From assembly GCF_016432865.1 (NCBI RefSeq), contig NC_067399.1:515344001-515408000 (forward strand): DNA of 64,000 nucleotides. The letters run 5' to 3'. The notes under the pieces were generated by a model. It was not told the DNA's origin, did not search any database, and saw only the letters and a program-made list of their open reading frames with translations. This document shows, piece by piece, positions 24,373 through 36,415 of the stretch. The position numbers and the translations under genes are program-made. Each line of letters begins with the position of its first letter. Position 1 is the first letter of the stretch. The stretch is from Antechinus flavipes (taxonomy: Eukaryota).

Positions 24373-27300
24373 CTGCAACAGACTGTATTCTAATTAAGCA
24401 GAAACATTTCCTGATAGGAAGGGGTGTGTACTGGAACTGACGACCTTGACAAACACTGGCATCTCGGTCTCTGTACATTTGTCTAGTCTAGGGAAAGGAA
24501 TATTGTAATTGGAGGTGAAAGTGGAGCTGGAAGGGAATTGATATCATGCCTGAGGAGCCCGGAACCTTTGGAGGTTTAGGATTGGGAATCTTTGTTGAGG
24601 TGATCTTAGAAGCCAGGTACCTAGAAAGGTGGGAACTCTGCTCTTTCCCTAGAAGAGCAAATTAAGCTCTGGTTAATCCAGTTAGAGGATGAACTCAGAA
24701 TCTTGGAGTATTATGAAATAAGTAGGATTATAAGGGACATACCGGAAGAGGGGGTGAAGCGGGCACAGGGCTGTCTGGGTGGCTGAGATGGGCAAAAGGC
24801 TTCGCTGCACCCCAGGACTCCAAATATCGGGTCATCAGAAGTGATGGACGCATTTTGGGTCCTTCAGGAGGAGACAGTGGGCCTCCTGCAGTTACTTCCT
24901 CTTCTTCTTCCTCTTCTGCCTGGAAGATTTCAAAGGAAGGTGGGCTGATGGCAAGACCTCTCCATTATTATGACACCATCTCTCCCCCCCTTATTCAAAT
25001 TCCTCAGGAAATGGAAGCAGCCCAGTTCTAAATCTTTTCTGCATTCTACTTCAGATTCTGGCCATTTATCTCCAATGGAAGTCAAGACAAGGGGCCTTAA
25101 TTGGGTTTGGTGTTCTCTGTAGTCATTTTACAATGAGAAAGCTGAAGTCTTAGAAAGAGAAATTATTTGCTCATGGACACATATAATAGTAAGTGGAGGA
25201 ACAGGAATTTGATCTAGGTTATTTAATTCCAAATTACACTACCATGCTTCAGGGGTTCAGTCAGTTTAGGTTTTATCAACTGTGCTAATGGCTGGGGTGG
25301 GGGATCTCACCCTTGGGTCAATGACCAGGTAAGTGGGCTCCCCAAGCTCCCGAAGATAAGGGTCCCGATGCCCCGGAGCTGCATCTTCCACAGCATAAGC
25401 CCCTCCCAACAGGGCCAAGGTTGCCCCTGTGATGTGCACTCGACTTGGGGAGGAGGGAGAGGGGAGACAAGAAGGGAAAGTGGATTGTCAGTAGCTCCAG
25501 GCTTCTTATTCATCCACTACAAAAATAATAGAATATTAAGAATTGGAAGAGAAACCCAAGATATCATAGTTTCATAAATCTAGAGCTGGAAAGGACCTCA
25601 GAAGCCATCAAATCCAACTCCCTTCCTTTCCAGATCATCTTGACCAATTTACACCTGAAATGTTCATCCTACAAATATTTCCTGAGCACTTGTGATATAC
25701 AAAGTACTTGGATTTGGTTTAGGAACTCTGTACCCAGGCCTCCAACCACCCTGCCTGCCATTCCTCTCACTCCATTCTGCAATTAATTCATTCCAGTAAG
25801 AAGTCTCTTCCCCTAATCATGGGGGCTCAGTCTGCACTGGACACATATTCATACATATAAATATATACACATTTATATTATATAGTTATATAAGCTATAA
25901 ACATATGCACAAATACTGTATACATATATACTCTCTATATGCATATATCTGTATGTATATTCACACACATACATGTTTAGAGTTGGCCCCAGGCCAGGTC
26001 CTTAAAGGGGATATATTGGTTGGGGGAGAGAGGAGGGAGACAGTGACTTGCCCTAAGCTTAAGACTTTCTGGGCACAGCCCGGCTACGTTGAGCCTGAGT
26101 CTGGAATGGAGCCCACCCACTCACCCAGGCACTCCTCCTGCCTCCATGTGGTTGGCCAGGGTGACGTCATGGGACCAGACGTCATATTGCCACTTCTGAA
26201 GTCCGATGACACCGCAGAGCACGCTGCCCGAGTGCACGCCCACCCGCATGTTGATATCCACTCCAGTGGCTGCCCGCAGCTTCCTGGGGACGGGCAGAAA
26301 GAGGGCGGGCTCAATATGGGGCTTAATCGGAACCTAGATTCTCTGCTTGAGGCGTCAATTCTGATTTTGCCTAAAGCACGCCACCTACAGACAGTGTACC
26401 TTAGCGTTACCCTAGTGTAAACCCAGCGATCCCCGTCCGCCCGACTTCCCTCACTGGACCCCAGGTCCCCAGATCTCTGATTTTCCTGTTCTTTCCATCT
26501 TTCGGTTCACCCCAGGGTGTCTCCCGAGCGCTGACCGGATGGCACGGCACATGTCCAGCCCCATGCGCACACAGTTGAGTGCATGGTCGGGTAGAGAGAG
26601 TGGCAAACCAGACACACAATAGTAACAGTCTCCCAGAATCTTAATCCGCATGCACTCGTGCTCCTGGGGAAGGAACAAGGGAGAGGGAAGGGAAACACAA
26701 AAAATGAGCACCAGATTAGAGGCAACACGAGGAAAGAGAGCAAAGAGACCAACGAGGATTGGCTTGAACTGTCTTGGTTGGGAAGCGGGGCGGACTGCGC
26801 TCCTGGGGGCCTGGACGTGGTTGAAGTGGGGTCTCAGAAGGCAAAGAAGTTTTTCTAAAGCGATAGTCCCTCAACAGCTCTGACCTTGGCGATTTGATCG
26901 AATTTGCCAAAGAGTTCGTTTAGCATTAGCACCAGTTCCTTGGGAGAGCATTCGCTGGCCAGTCGAGTGAAGCCAACAATGTCAGCATACAGCACACTGA
27001 GGTAGGACGTGAAGGACAAAAATTAGAACCAATTCACAGACCAGGATGCCTGCTTTCCCTCCACTCCTTTCTTTTTTTCCCTTCCCCCCTCCCCCCCTTT
27101 CTGCACTCCTCCTCATCCTAGCCTGTCTTAATTATCTGCTCCCTGACAGAGTCTGTCTCTGTCTCTGAGCATACCTGACCCCCTGGTGCCTCTTCACGTA
27201 CAAACTGTGAAAGTTGTTGGTGCCTTCAGGCCGGGGGCCTTGCCCAGCCTGAAGCCGAGCCATGATCTCGGCCTTCATTTCTCTGGCCAAGTAAGCCGGC

Positions 27301-30300
27301 AAGATGGACAGCAGGAGATGTTCCTAGAATAGAATGGAGTTCTTTGGGGGGTAGATGCTGTTTATAAAACTTGAGACTTGCAACAAGCCTGCGGGCTAGC
27401 TCTTTGAAAACTTATCTTCATTTTATAATGCAAGAAAGTCAGAGTGATTCTCATTCAAAGTCTCAGTGGCAAAGCCTTCCAACCTTAGGCTTCAAAACCA
27501 GTACTCTTTCCATCCATCACTCCTCACCACCCTCAGTTAGTAAGTAATCGCTGTCCCCAGTTCCCTTGACCCTGGTCTTCCCACATAACTATCCCAACAC
27601 TGATCTGTCTCTCCCAGGGTCAGATCCCTGGTTCTAGGCTTCGGTGCTGACCTGGTGTCTCTTCTCAGAATCCAATCGCCTCCTAGAGTGCAGGGAGCTA
27701 AGAGCCTCTCGGAAAGTGGCCCGAAGTGCGCGCTCCATTAGCGCTTTGTGATAGGCTCCTGCCGCATTCCCACATAAGAACAGGACCGCATTGGCAGCCA
27801 GCTACAAGTGAAATGAAAGTCTCAGAGTGTAGGATGAGGTCAAAGATTGGATACTGGGTACTGTCTGAGAGGGCGCAATAATCAGCCAAATCCTAGGGAA
27901 CCTGTTCCTTGGGCTGAGGAGCTGTCCAGAGCCTAGGATTTTCTATATTCCTGATGGCTCACCTGAGGGAGAAGCGGGGGCCGCGAGACAGGCTGTGGTC
28001 CAAGGTACAGCCCAAGGACCAGAAGGTGGGACAGAGAAGAAGCAAAGCCGGCCGCAGCTGCGTCCCGCATACCCAGAGGCAGCATGGTGTACACCGTAAA
28101 GATGATGAAAAGGAAAAAGGACACCTGAAACGGATGAAAATAGGAAGAGGAATTTCTCCCAGGTGTTCCTATGATGTCCCTAGAATCCCTGGGCGTCGAA
28201 CATACTTATTTCCTTTTACCTGTAGGAGTAATTTCTCCCTGTCTCAATGATTTACTTTCAACATTCCTTCCTGCCACCCCAGCTGATCTCCTGGCTTAAC
28301 TTTGTTCCACAGCTTCCCCTCCCTCATTAAAGGCTCACTTCCCTCTGACCTGGTCCCAGGCGCTGACCACACCGCCAGTGAACAGGAAACTGTGGCCCAA
28401 GGCCAGTAGGGCGGCCCACACGAGCCCTGATACCGGGCGGGTCCAGCGCTGCAGGCGCTGCTCCCGAGAAGCCAAGCAGAGCAGTATCGCAAAACCTCCT
28501 AATGCGCAGAGCACTCCAGCTAGGAAGGCTGGGTCTGAGCCCAGCTCCTGTAGGGAGATAATAGGGCCTAAGACTTGTAGAAGATACAGACTAGAGAAAA
28601 AGAAATTAGTTGGAACTAGGGATATAAGGAATTGGGTAGAAAAACCTTGGATGAATTGAGAGGGATGCTCAAAAAAAGTAAACAGAACGAAAAAGTAGGC
28701 AGGGCAACTTTGAGTGTTATTTACATCTCATTTTAAATGCAGATTTTTTCCCCCAAAGCCTTTACTTATTTCCTTTCTTTCCAGCTTTCCATTAACTTCT
28801 GAGCAAGAATTAGGGCGATGTGGTGGGTCTTGAAATTTGTTTAGGACAAACACCAGGTGTAGTTGGTAAGGATACTGACTGATAGCACTTTTTTGTAGTT
28901 TTAATGAACCCTGCTTGGGCTCTGATTGGACTTTTGTTGGTGTTCCCTGCTTGAGTTTTTGTGACCCTGTTTGGAGTTTTCTTGGCAAAAATACTGAAAT
29001 GTTTTTCTATCTTTCTCCTCCAACTCATTTTACAAATGAGGAACTGAGGCAAACAAGATTAAGTCCCAGGGCCACACAACTAGCAAATGTCTGAAGCTGG
29101 ATTTGAACTCATTGAGATGATTTTTCTACCTCCAGGTTTGTTACTTTATCCGTTGTGCCACCTGATTACTCAACTTGGACTCTAACTTTACTTGTCTTGA
29201 AATCTTGTTCTTCCTCCCTTCTCCTGCCCTCTTCTTCCTACCCCTCCAAGGCTTCCCAGTCTAATCCAAAGATTAGGATCTATTGATCTAACTGGAAGAG
29301 ATGTCAGAAGCCATCAAGTCCAATACTAATATTTTATATTTAGTATTTTATAGATGAGGAATTCAAGGTCTCTGGAGGTTAACTGATTTGCCCAAATTAT
29401 ACAAAGTAATGAAGACTTACCTTCATGTGTCAAGACTTAATTTCTTTGACTCCAGAGGCAGTTGACCTTTCTGTTGTGCTACCATGGTATAGTATATTGA
29501 AAAAAGACCTAATACTCAGAGGAACCCAGATTCCAGTATGAATTTTGTCACTTTATCACATAGCCTTGGTCAAAGGACAACTTTAGGAAAGGTTCCTAAA
29601 GTTCTTCCTGTTCCTAGTACCTTCCCTCCATTGATTTTCTCCAATTAATCCAGTATATATTTGTACATAGTTGTTTGCAAGTTGTGTCCTCGCTTAGACT
29701 GTAAGCTAGAGCAAGTACTCTTTTGTCTTTTTTCTATTATTATTTTTATCCCTAATCCTTAGTGCTGAACCTGGCTAATAAGAGGTGCTTAATAAATATT
29801 TTTTGACTATCTCTGCTCCAAAATGATTGGCCTCAAACCAGGCTGAACTAAACAAAAGATTAGTATTTGGATTTGGAGATGCAAGATGATTGTTTCTTTG
29901 GAATAGAATTGGGATGGGTTTAGGGGCTGTGTGAAAGAAAAATCCATTAGATATATTTGCCTTTTGAGACAGGCTGTGGATACAACTGTCCCCAAAAGCG
30001 CCTTAAGAGGGAAAGAAAATCAGGAAATGGATTTCCCAGGGGCCAGAGTAGAAGTTCCCTCCTGGAAAAATGTAAAACCTGGGAAAAGATTGATCCTGGA
30101 TTCATAGTCATCCAACCCCAACACAATCCTAAACCCATAATCAACCTTTTCCTCTTATTCAACTTCACCCAAACACAAGATTACCCGTCACTTTTTTCTC
30201 TATTGGAGGCAAAAAGGAGAGAAAACCTGGAATTTAGATCCCTTTAACTGGACAAAGGGGTCCCTCCTCACCCGACCGCTGGCCCATGTGACCGTAAGCA

Positions 30301-30430
30301 GAGCGAGAAGTGTAGAAAGCACGATGACTAGCAACAGTAGCAACAGCGGGTACTGCTGGCTCAGGCTGTAATAAGTCTCGTAGAAGAGATCCTCGCTGGG
30401 GGGAGGCCGGGGACTGAAGAGACGGGGCAT
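11091..30430 (-). CDS. ADCY4: Adenylate cyclase type 4, 25 coding exons, 3222 nt, 1073 aa
   Basis: Exons in transcription order: 30272-30430, 28350-28547, 27963-28124, 27652-27801, 27175-27323, 26885-26996, 26536-26663, 26125-26283, 25311-25443, 24743-24919, 19512-19555, 19230-19316, 18961-19030, 18262-18359, 16810-16894, 16107-16244, 15079-15186, 14426-14610, 14133-14217, 13285-13443, 12865-13011, 12391-12498, 11987-12101, 11339-11463, 11091-11231. Junctions are GT-AG and phases are consistent. Starts [21 protein letters not shown]; C1 motifs [29 protein letters not shown]; C2 motifs [34 protein letters not shown]; TAG stop at 11091-11093. Confidence 0.97.
14761..14814. repeat. (TG)n microsatellite
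   Basis: Read directly; one interruption. Confidence 0.95.
15871..15903. repeat. (GT)n microsatellite
   Basis: Read directly. Confidence 0.95.
17130..17370 (+). mobile_element. MIR-like SINE
   Basis: gttcaagttcactaacctctg...ttccttacttgtaaaatgggaataata...gttgtgaggataaaatgagataatatttgtaaagcac, typical MIR core and tail. Confidence 0.65.
17564..17749. mobile_element. Non-autonomous hAT MITE of the OC1/OposCharlie type
   Basis: 5' TIR cagaggtcctcaaact and 3' TIR agtgtgaggaccc. Internal ggggccagttcactgtccctcagactgttggagggctggactatag is recalled as typical of OC1 non-autonomous elements. Left 8-bp flank ccctaaaa is partly retained on the right (ccc-aaaa). Confidence 0.75.
18641..18676. repeat. 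Interrupted (TG)n microsatellite
   Basis: Read directly. Confidence 0.9.
20440..21720 (+). mobile_element. Degraded L1 ORF2 3' / 3' UTR fragments (with an inserted MIR-like piece) in ADCY4 intron 10
   Basis: A-rich text with L1 hallmarks (gaaaatgacaaatgttgg, ggaaaacaggcacactaat, caaccattctagaaag, aaagtgagcagaactagaat). Confidence 0.6.
22570..24250 (+). mobile_element. Degraded L1 fragments (5' UTR/ORF1-like and 3' end) in ADCY4 intron 10
   Basis: gaggcagaaccaagatgg (marsupial L1 5'-like) near 22960, A-rich ORF1-like remains and a 3' UTR-like tail with (TG)n. Confidence 0.5.
24341..24368. repeat. (T)28 homopolymer
   Basis: Read directly. Confidence 0.95.
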
Positions 30431-31017
30431 GGTTTCTTCACCCTCACCCACTGCTCTAACTGGCCCAAAGTCACGGTGGGATTCCGAGGGAACCGCTGGA
30501 AGTTGGGGAAGGATAGGGGGAAGAAATTGACAGTTTACTTCCTCCAGAGAGAAAAATAGACCCCCCCATCTCTTACCTTTGCTCTCTTTCCTTTGCTTCT
30601 CAACCATACTGTAGCCCCTTTCCCAGCCTTCTCCAGTACTCCCATCTATTTTCTCTCAGCACATCTCTCTCCTTAGTCCAGTTCCTTTTTGCCTCATCTT
30701 TCCTTTCCCTAGTTTATTTCTTTATTTCACTTTCTAATATCGCTCTCATTTCTATCCCGGCTACTCTCCCGCAGATCCTCATCTCTTCTAATCTCAATCC
30801 TGCCCTTCTCTCAGTCCCAAAGTTTCTTGGTCACTTCGGCCTTTCTTCCCTCCCAAGCCTCCTGCTCCTCTCCTTTTTAGGGTTCTACCTCACGATCCGA
30901 AGTCTCCACGATGTCAGATCAGCTTAGAGAGGGGCAGGTCAAAGAAAAGAGGATGGAGAGTGGGGCAAAATAGGAGGTGGTCTCTGAGTTTCCCTCTTAC
31001 ATATCTCTGATACTCAC

Positions 31018-31330
31018 TGCGTGGTGCCCCTATTGGGGTTAGTGCTGAGGACTCGGGAAAAGACTTGGGTAGTTCTACAGCAGGGAAAACGAAGCTGGGA
31101 TGGTAGTGGCCAGGCTCCAGGAGCTACAAGAGCTTTCCAGTGTCGCAGCCGCCTCCCACTTCCCCAACGGGATAGCTGAGCCCCTCCCAGTCTCTGAGTT
31201 TTACCCTTCTTCCATTCCCCCCCCCCAATACACCTTTGAGTTGTTACCCCTAACACACAGTCATCTCCTTCTCGCCTTTCCCCCTCCTCCCCTTCCGTTC
31301 TTTTAGCTAAGAGAGATGCGGGGCAGCTGG
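31018..31330 (-). other. ADCY4: Putative non-coding first exon of ADCY4 (5' boundary uncertain)
   Basis: Strong minus-strand donor GCA|gtgagta at 31017. The first coding exon has a polypyrimidine tract and acceptor at 30496, 65 nt before the ATG, so an upstream exon is required. Confidence 0.4.
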
Positions 31331-31340
31331 AGAAGCCGCT

Positions 31341-31350
31341 GGGGCGGGGC
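31341..31350. promoter_or_regulatory. GC box (Sp/KLF) at the putative ADCY4 promoter
   Basis: GGGGCGGGGC immediately upstream (on the - strand) of the putative first exon. Confidence 0.4.
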
Positions 31351-32879
31351 TGGTGTGACTGGAACTGGGAGCCAGGATGTGCGTCTGGACACTGAGGCTT
31401 AGAGTCTGTATGGGAATCTGGAGAAGGATTGGAGTCTTGAGTCCAAGTTGGATTTAGGATACACATAGAATTAAGAATGTTGGTTTCAAATATGAGGAGG
31501 CCAGTTACCCTACCTCCACCTCACCTCAGCTTCCTAGCACTTGCAACCGCAACTGCATTATTGATGCTCCTGTTTGTGGGGAGGGCTAAGGCATTCTGGG
31601 GAAAGAATGGTGAGGGCAGGAGATTGTAAAGGCATATCGTTTATAAAACGAGTTTGTGTCTAATACAGCTATATGGAAATAACACCCTAAGTACAGGCTC
31701 AATAAATCAATCAATCCCCTAATTAGAGGACTTAGGTTTTTAAAGATTAAAACTGCACCAAGACTTTTGGGATACCTTGTAAAAAAAAGACGTCAGCTGA
31801 GAGTAAGAGTGACTCATGTCTCAGAGAGGAACGCTGGTGTAGAGAAGGGACCCTAGGAGACTAAGTGGATGGGAATGAAGCAAGAAGAATTTGTGGTCTG
31901 AAAAATCCTACAGAGGGGTTTCCCAAGTGCCCCAGTCGTAGCCTTTCAGATATCCCCCCCAAGTTCTCTTCCCACCCCCAGTTCTTTGTTTCAGGGACCT
32001 GGACACAAAAGGTCCCCCTCCCCTCCTCCCTCTTTCCCTTAGTCCATTCCCTGGAGGTATCAGGGTGGGTCTCTGCCGTACTACTTCAGAGGAAGAGCTC
32101 CTCCCTCAGATAAGAGGAGCCCTACGAGTGAGGCTGGGGAATCAGGCCTCCCGGATTCCTTCCTGCCGCCGGCTGGGAGTTGACCTGGTGCCACTTTACC
32201 CACCCCCACAAGCTCTAAGCCCCCGGCACTACCCTCCATTTCCTGACCTCCACAAAGGGAAAGCTGTTTCTTACAACGTCCCCCACCCCCTTTTCTGTTC
32301 TCTCTCTCTTCTCACCGGCCTCTCTCTCTCCCTCCTTTCTAGATCTCACCACTCCAGATTGGAGCACTAGAGGTTGTTGCCCAGAGGGTCGCCTGGGACA
32401 GGAGCGGGACCCCAGACTATTCCCAATCCCATTTCACCGCAAGCTTCTTAGAGTTCCATTTCATCATAACACTCTCCCCAAGCACCTATCCACTCCCACC
32501 TTTCTGCACTGCATGTCCATCCCTAGCCTAGGACAATGCCAGTTTCAATCCCCTTACCCAGACGGCTTCATGAGTGAGCAGCGCAGAGAGCATACAGTCG
32601 GTCATCTGGACACGTTTATTGCCCATTTTTGTGTCCCGCGCCTAACACAGTGCCTGGTATATTAGTAGGCACTTAATTAATGCTTGTTGACTTGACTCAT
32701 TACCAGTTCAGCTCGGTAGAGCCTGCCACCGGCGCCGGTTGTAGTTCCTCTGCATCATCACTATGTTATTGTTCCCTATCTGATGATCCCTCAGAATGAA
32801 AGCGTGGAAAAAGCCTGGGGAGTTAAGCGTATGAGGATGATTATGTAGTGATTGGAAGGTCGGAGGTGGAGAAGCCTCT

Positions 32880-33007
32880 TTACGCAGAAGAATAAGGGCC
32901 CCTTGTGTTCACTAGGGAGAAATGCAGGTGCTGGTTCCTATCTCCAATGCAGAGGGTAAAAAATATCTGCGTTCCAGCTTGCCTATGAAGGGCTTTTAAG
33001 AGAAGCT
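32880..33007 (-). pseudogene. RIPK3: Probable RIPK3 exon 10 (RHIM) remnant
   Basis: Phase-1 acceptor, then LLLKALHRQAGTQI (G-x-Q-I at the same codon distance from the acceptor as human G-V-Q-V), six extra codons, then IGDRN (human VGDNN); TAA at 32880-32882. Confidence 0.4.
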
Positions 33008-33429
33008 CTGGGCAAGAAGCTCACAAGTGGTGAGGGCTCTGGAAGCCTAGACGGAGGGCAAGTGAGACACACCTTGAGGTTTCTTCTATTCCAACCACCT
33101 CTTCATTCCCCAATGAAAGGCAACGTCTCTAGGTAAAATAAAGAATTCTTGAAGGGATTCAGGAGACTGGAGGAAGTTGGGAAACAAGAACGAATAAAGG
33201 AAAGTGAAAAAAATATGGAAAGAGGGAATTTTGAAGAGACTGAATTCTTGAGAAGATCCTCATAGCGTATTACTACTACAAATAGCTGCTTCCTGAAAAC
33301 CCAGAGATCTCAGGCGCCCATCCTGGGGCTAATCTGTCCAAATTTCATAGCAACTGAGATACACTGGAAGCTCTAGAGACCCTACAAATTCCCCCCACCC
33401 CGCCTTAGCCTATACTTTCAGTGCCATAC

Positions 33430-33487
33430 CTGGATCCCTTTAGGAAACTCCTCTGGGTAAGGGGCATCGAGGCTTGGGCTCTGCGTC
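33430..33487 (-). pseudogene. RIPK3: Probable RIPK3 exon 9 remnant
   Basis: tatcag|GAC GCA GAG ... TAA AGG GAT CCA G|gtatgg: 58 nt, phase 0 to 1 like the ~61-nt human exon that starts GAE. In-frame TAA at 33440-33442. Confidence 0.45.
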
Positions 33488-33639
33488 CTGATAAGTGCTG
33501 CCTTTAGTAAAGAGAATCATAGCATCTTGATTAGCAGTGAACCAGATGTATGACCACTCCTTTCTTTTGGTCATCTTTACTTTCACTTTTTTTCCCCTCC
33601 CTTCTCTGCTTGAGCTGTGAGTGGGGTCTTATTTCCCCA

Positions 33640-35390
33640 ACTACAAGTAAAAACAATTTTAAACATTCATTTAAAACATTTTAAGTTCCAAATTCTTTGC
33701 TCTCCTTCCTCCCCTTCCTTTGAGAAGGCAAACAACTTGATATAGATTATACATGTGCAGTCATGCAAAACATATCTTCACATTAGTCTTGTTGTGAAAG
33801 AAAACATGGATACCTCCCCTCCTCCCCCAACCCAACCAAGTAAAAGAAAATTAAAAAAAAAAGTATGCTTAGATCTTCATAAAGACTTCCTCAATTCTTT
33901 CTTTGGAGATGATTAACATTTTTTTTAAAGCATAAGTCCTTTGAAATAATGCTAGGTTATTGTATTGCTGAGAAAAGCTAAGTCTAGCTATTGATTGAAA
34001 CTTAATCCTCTTGAATATTCTATTACTGTGTACAATGTTCTCTTGTTCTGCTCCTCACATTTTGTATCAGTTCATATAAGTCTTTCCAGGATTTTCTTTT
34101 TCTTTTACCTTATCATTTTATCTTATTTATTAATTTTTAAAATAACTTTTTATTGACAGATAATTTTTTTACAACATGCCAGGGTAATTTTTTACAACAT
34201 TATCCCTTGCACTCACTTCTGTTCCAATTTTTCCCCTCCCTCCCTCCACCCCCTCCCCCAGATGGCAAGCAGTCCTTTACATGTTAAATAGGTTACAGTA
34301 TATCCTAGATACTATATATGTGTGCAGAACCGAACAGTTCTCTAGTTGCACAGGGAGAATTGGATTCAGCAGGTAAAAATAACCTGGGAAGAAAAACAAA
34401 AATGCAAACAGTTTACATTCATTTCCCAGTGTTCTTTCTTTGGGTGTAGCTGCTTCTGTCCATCCTTGATCAGTTGAAACTGAGTTAGATCTTCTCTTTG
34501 TCAAAGAAATCCACTTCCATCAGAATACATCCTCATATAGTATCGTTATTAAGGTATATAATGATCTCCTAGTTCTGCTCATTTCACTTAGCATCAGTTC
34601 ATGTAAGTCTCTCCATTCCTCTCTGTATTCATCCTGCTGGTCATTTCTTATAGAACAATAATATTATATGAAGCTTTGTATTTTCAAAACACATGAATAG
34701 ATAGTTTTCAACATTCACTCTTACAGAATCTTGTGTTCCAAAATTTTTTCCCCTTTCTTCCTCCTCTCCTTTCCCTAGACGGCAAATAATCCAATATATG
34801 TTAAACATGTGCAATTCTTCTATACATATTTCTATAATTATCATGCTGCACAAGAAAAATCATATCAAAAAGGAAAAAAATGAGAAAGAAAACAAAATGC
34901 AAGCAAACAACAGCAAAAAAGTGAAAATACTATGTTGTGATCCATACTCAGTTCCCACAATCCTTTCTCTGGGTGTAGATGACTCTCTTCATCACAAGTA
35001 CATTGGAACTGGCCTGAATCACCTCACTATTAAAAAGAGCCATGTCCATCAGAATCGATCATTGTATAATCTTGCCATTGCCATGTACGATTATCTCTTG
35101 GTTCTACTCAGTTCACTTAGCATCAGTTCATGCAAGTCTCTCTAAGAGTTTCCTGCTCATTATTTCTTATAGAACAATAATATTCCAAAACATTCATATA
35201 ACATAACTTATTCAGCCATTCTCCAACTGACGGGCATCTACTCAGTTCTCAGTTATTTACCATTACAAAAAGTGCCGTTACAAACATTTTTGCACATGTG
35301 GGTTCTTTTCCCATTTTTATAATCTCTTTAGAATACAGACCCAGTAGAGGCACTGCTGAATCAAACGATATGCACAGTCTGATAGCTCTT
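33640..35390 (-). mobile_element. Nested antisense L1 3' ends inside RIPK3 pseudogene intron 8
   Basis: At least three overlapping L1 3'-end segments. The one at ~34120-34665 is highly similar to the copy at 42324-42884. Confidence 0.7.
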
Positions 35391-35589
35391 TGTCTTATCC
35401 TCTCTTACTGTTTTTAATGAACTAATATATGTAGAATCTTCAAAGATTCAGAAATCTCAGAGGAACTAGATTTTTGGCAGTTGAATTCTTTATAACCTGA
35501 TTAGACATTAGCTTTATTTTTTAGGGAAAGGAAAAATTCTGTTGGAATCAAATAGAAGAAGGTCTAGGATAGAATGAGTGAGTGTCTAC

Positions 35590-35978
35590 TACTTTGGGTC
35601 TCTGTACTGGATCGGGATCCAGATCTGGATCTGAAAGGAGACTGTTAGCAGGTTGGAGTCAGTCTGTGTGTGGCATGTATGTGTGATGGGATAGGGCAAA
35701 TATGCCTAGGTTAGGTTAGCTCATTATATGTGATATTTGCAAGTGGGGGATTACAGTTTGGGGATAATTTTCATGAATGTTTATAGAAGCTAGTGTGTGA
35801 GGATCACTATGTATGGAGGAGAGTCAGTAGATGAGGAGAGGTCACTCACTATGTGGAGAAACATTTATAGATGTGGATCACTGGATGCAGAGAATTTTGG
35901 GGGAGGCATGTGGTGGATGATGGGAATTGTGGAATTGGAAGATGTGGAGAAATTTCTGGGCTTTGTTAGCTTTTTCAT
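35590..35978 (-). pseudogene. RIPK3: RIPK3 exon 8 remnant (low-complexity linker)
   Basis: An 87-nt intron, then acceptor tatag|ATG AAA AAG CTA ACA AAG CCC AGA (MKKLTKPR vs human VKDFLSQLR). The 3' part GACTCCA...CTTTCAGATCCAGAT resembles human GACTCCA...CTTTCAGAAACCAGAT. In-frame TAA after ~37 codons. Confidence 0.5.
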
Positions 35979-36065
35979 CTATAAGATAAGAGGGCCAGAG
36001 TAGGTGATATATGAGTTCCTTCCATCTTAGATTGGTGTCAGCTACGATCCCCAGGACGTTCTAAC

Positions 36066-36136
36066 TTGTATCTTTATTTCACCAACTTCCTCTTTCTTGT
36101 GTAGCAAGAACACGTTAGTGGTTTCTACCACACAAT
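36066..36136 (-). pseudogene. RIPK3: RIPK3 exon 7 remnant
   Basis: tatag|AT TGT GTG GTA GAA ACC ACT AAC GTG TTC TTG ... ATA CAA|gttag = (D)CVVETTNVFLLHKKE vs human ECLPKTDEVFQMVEN and mouse DCEPKTNEVYNLVKD. Phases 1 to 0 as expected; frame is open. Confidence 0.7.
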
Positions 36137-36260
36137 CTATATAAGCAATGGAATGTAGGTTAAAGCAAATCTTTTCTTGTCAGGCAGACATTACACCAGA
36201 TAGAATCTTCATATAGCTGGATAATACCTTTGTAATCAGATCTCTTTTCTCCCTTTGCAT

Positions 36261-36415
36261 CCTGGAATAGTAGACATCTTAGTTCCAGCAGCATTCTGTT
36301 AACACTAACCTTTTAGTTCTTCCAGCCTAGATAGCTAGGATTTATAAGGCAGTTCTTTCCTGGAGGGCCAGTCCTCTTCATATATCTTAAACGTCAACAT
36401 GCAGATATGGAACAC
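36261..36415 (-). pseudogene. RIPK3: RIPK3 exon 6 remnant
   Basis: DWPSRKELPYKS*LSRLEELK then, in a shifted frame, CCWN ... TTCCAGG vs human [30 protein letters not shown]...SFQ. TAG at 36335-36337; donor reads AT instead of GT. The upstream boundary is approximate. Confidence 0.82.

Noticed and set aside
32781-32880. Possible C/D-box snoRNA (TGATGA)
   Set aside because: No matching D box (CTGA) or terminal stem at a suitable distance.
33302-33381. Alternative RIPK3 exon 10 candidate (ttgtag|GG...VYLSCYEIWTD*)
   Set aside because: It would need a 48-nt intron after the exon 9 candidate and has no Q(I/V)G core; the 33007 acceptor fits better.
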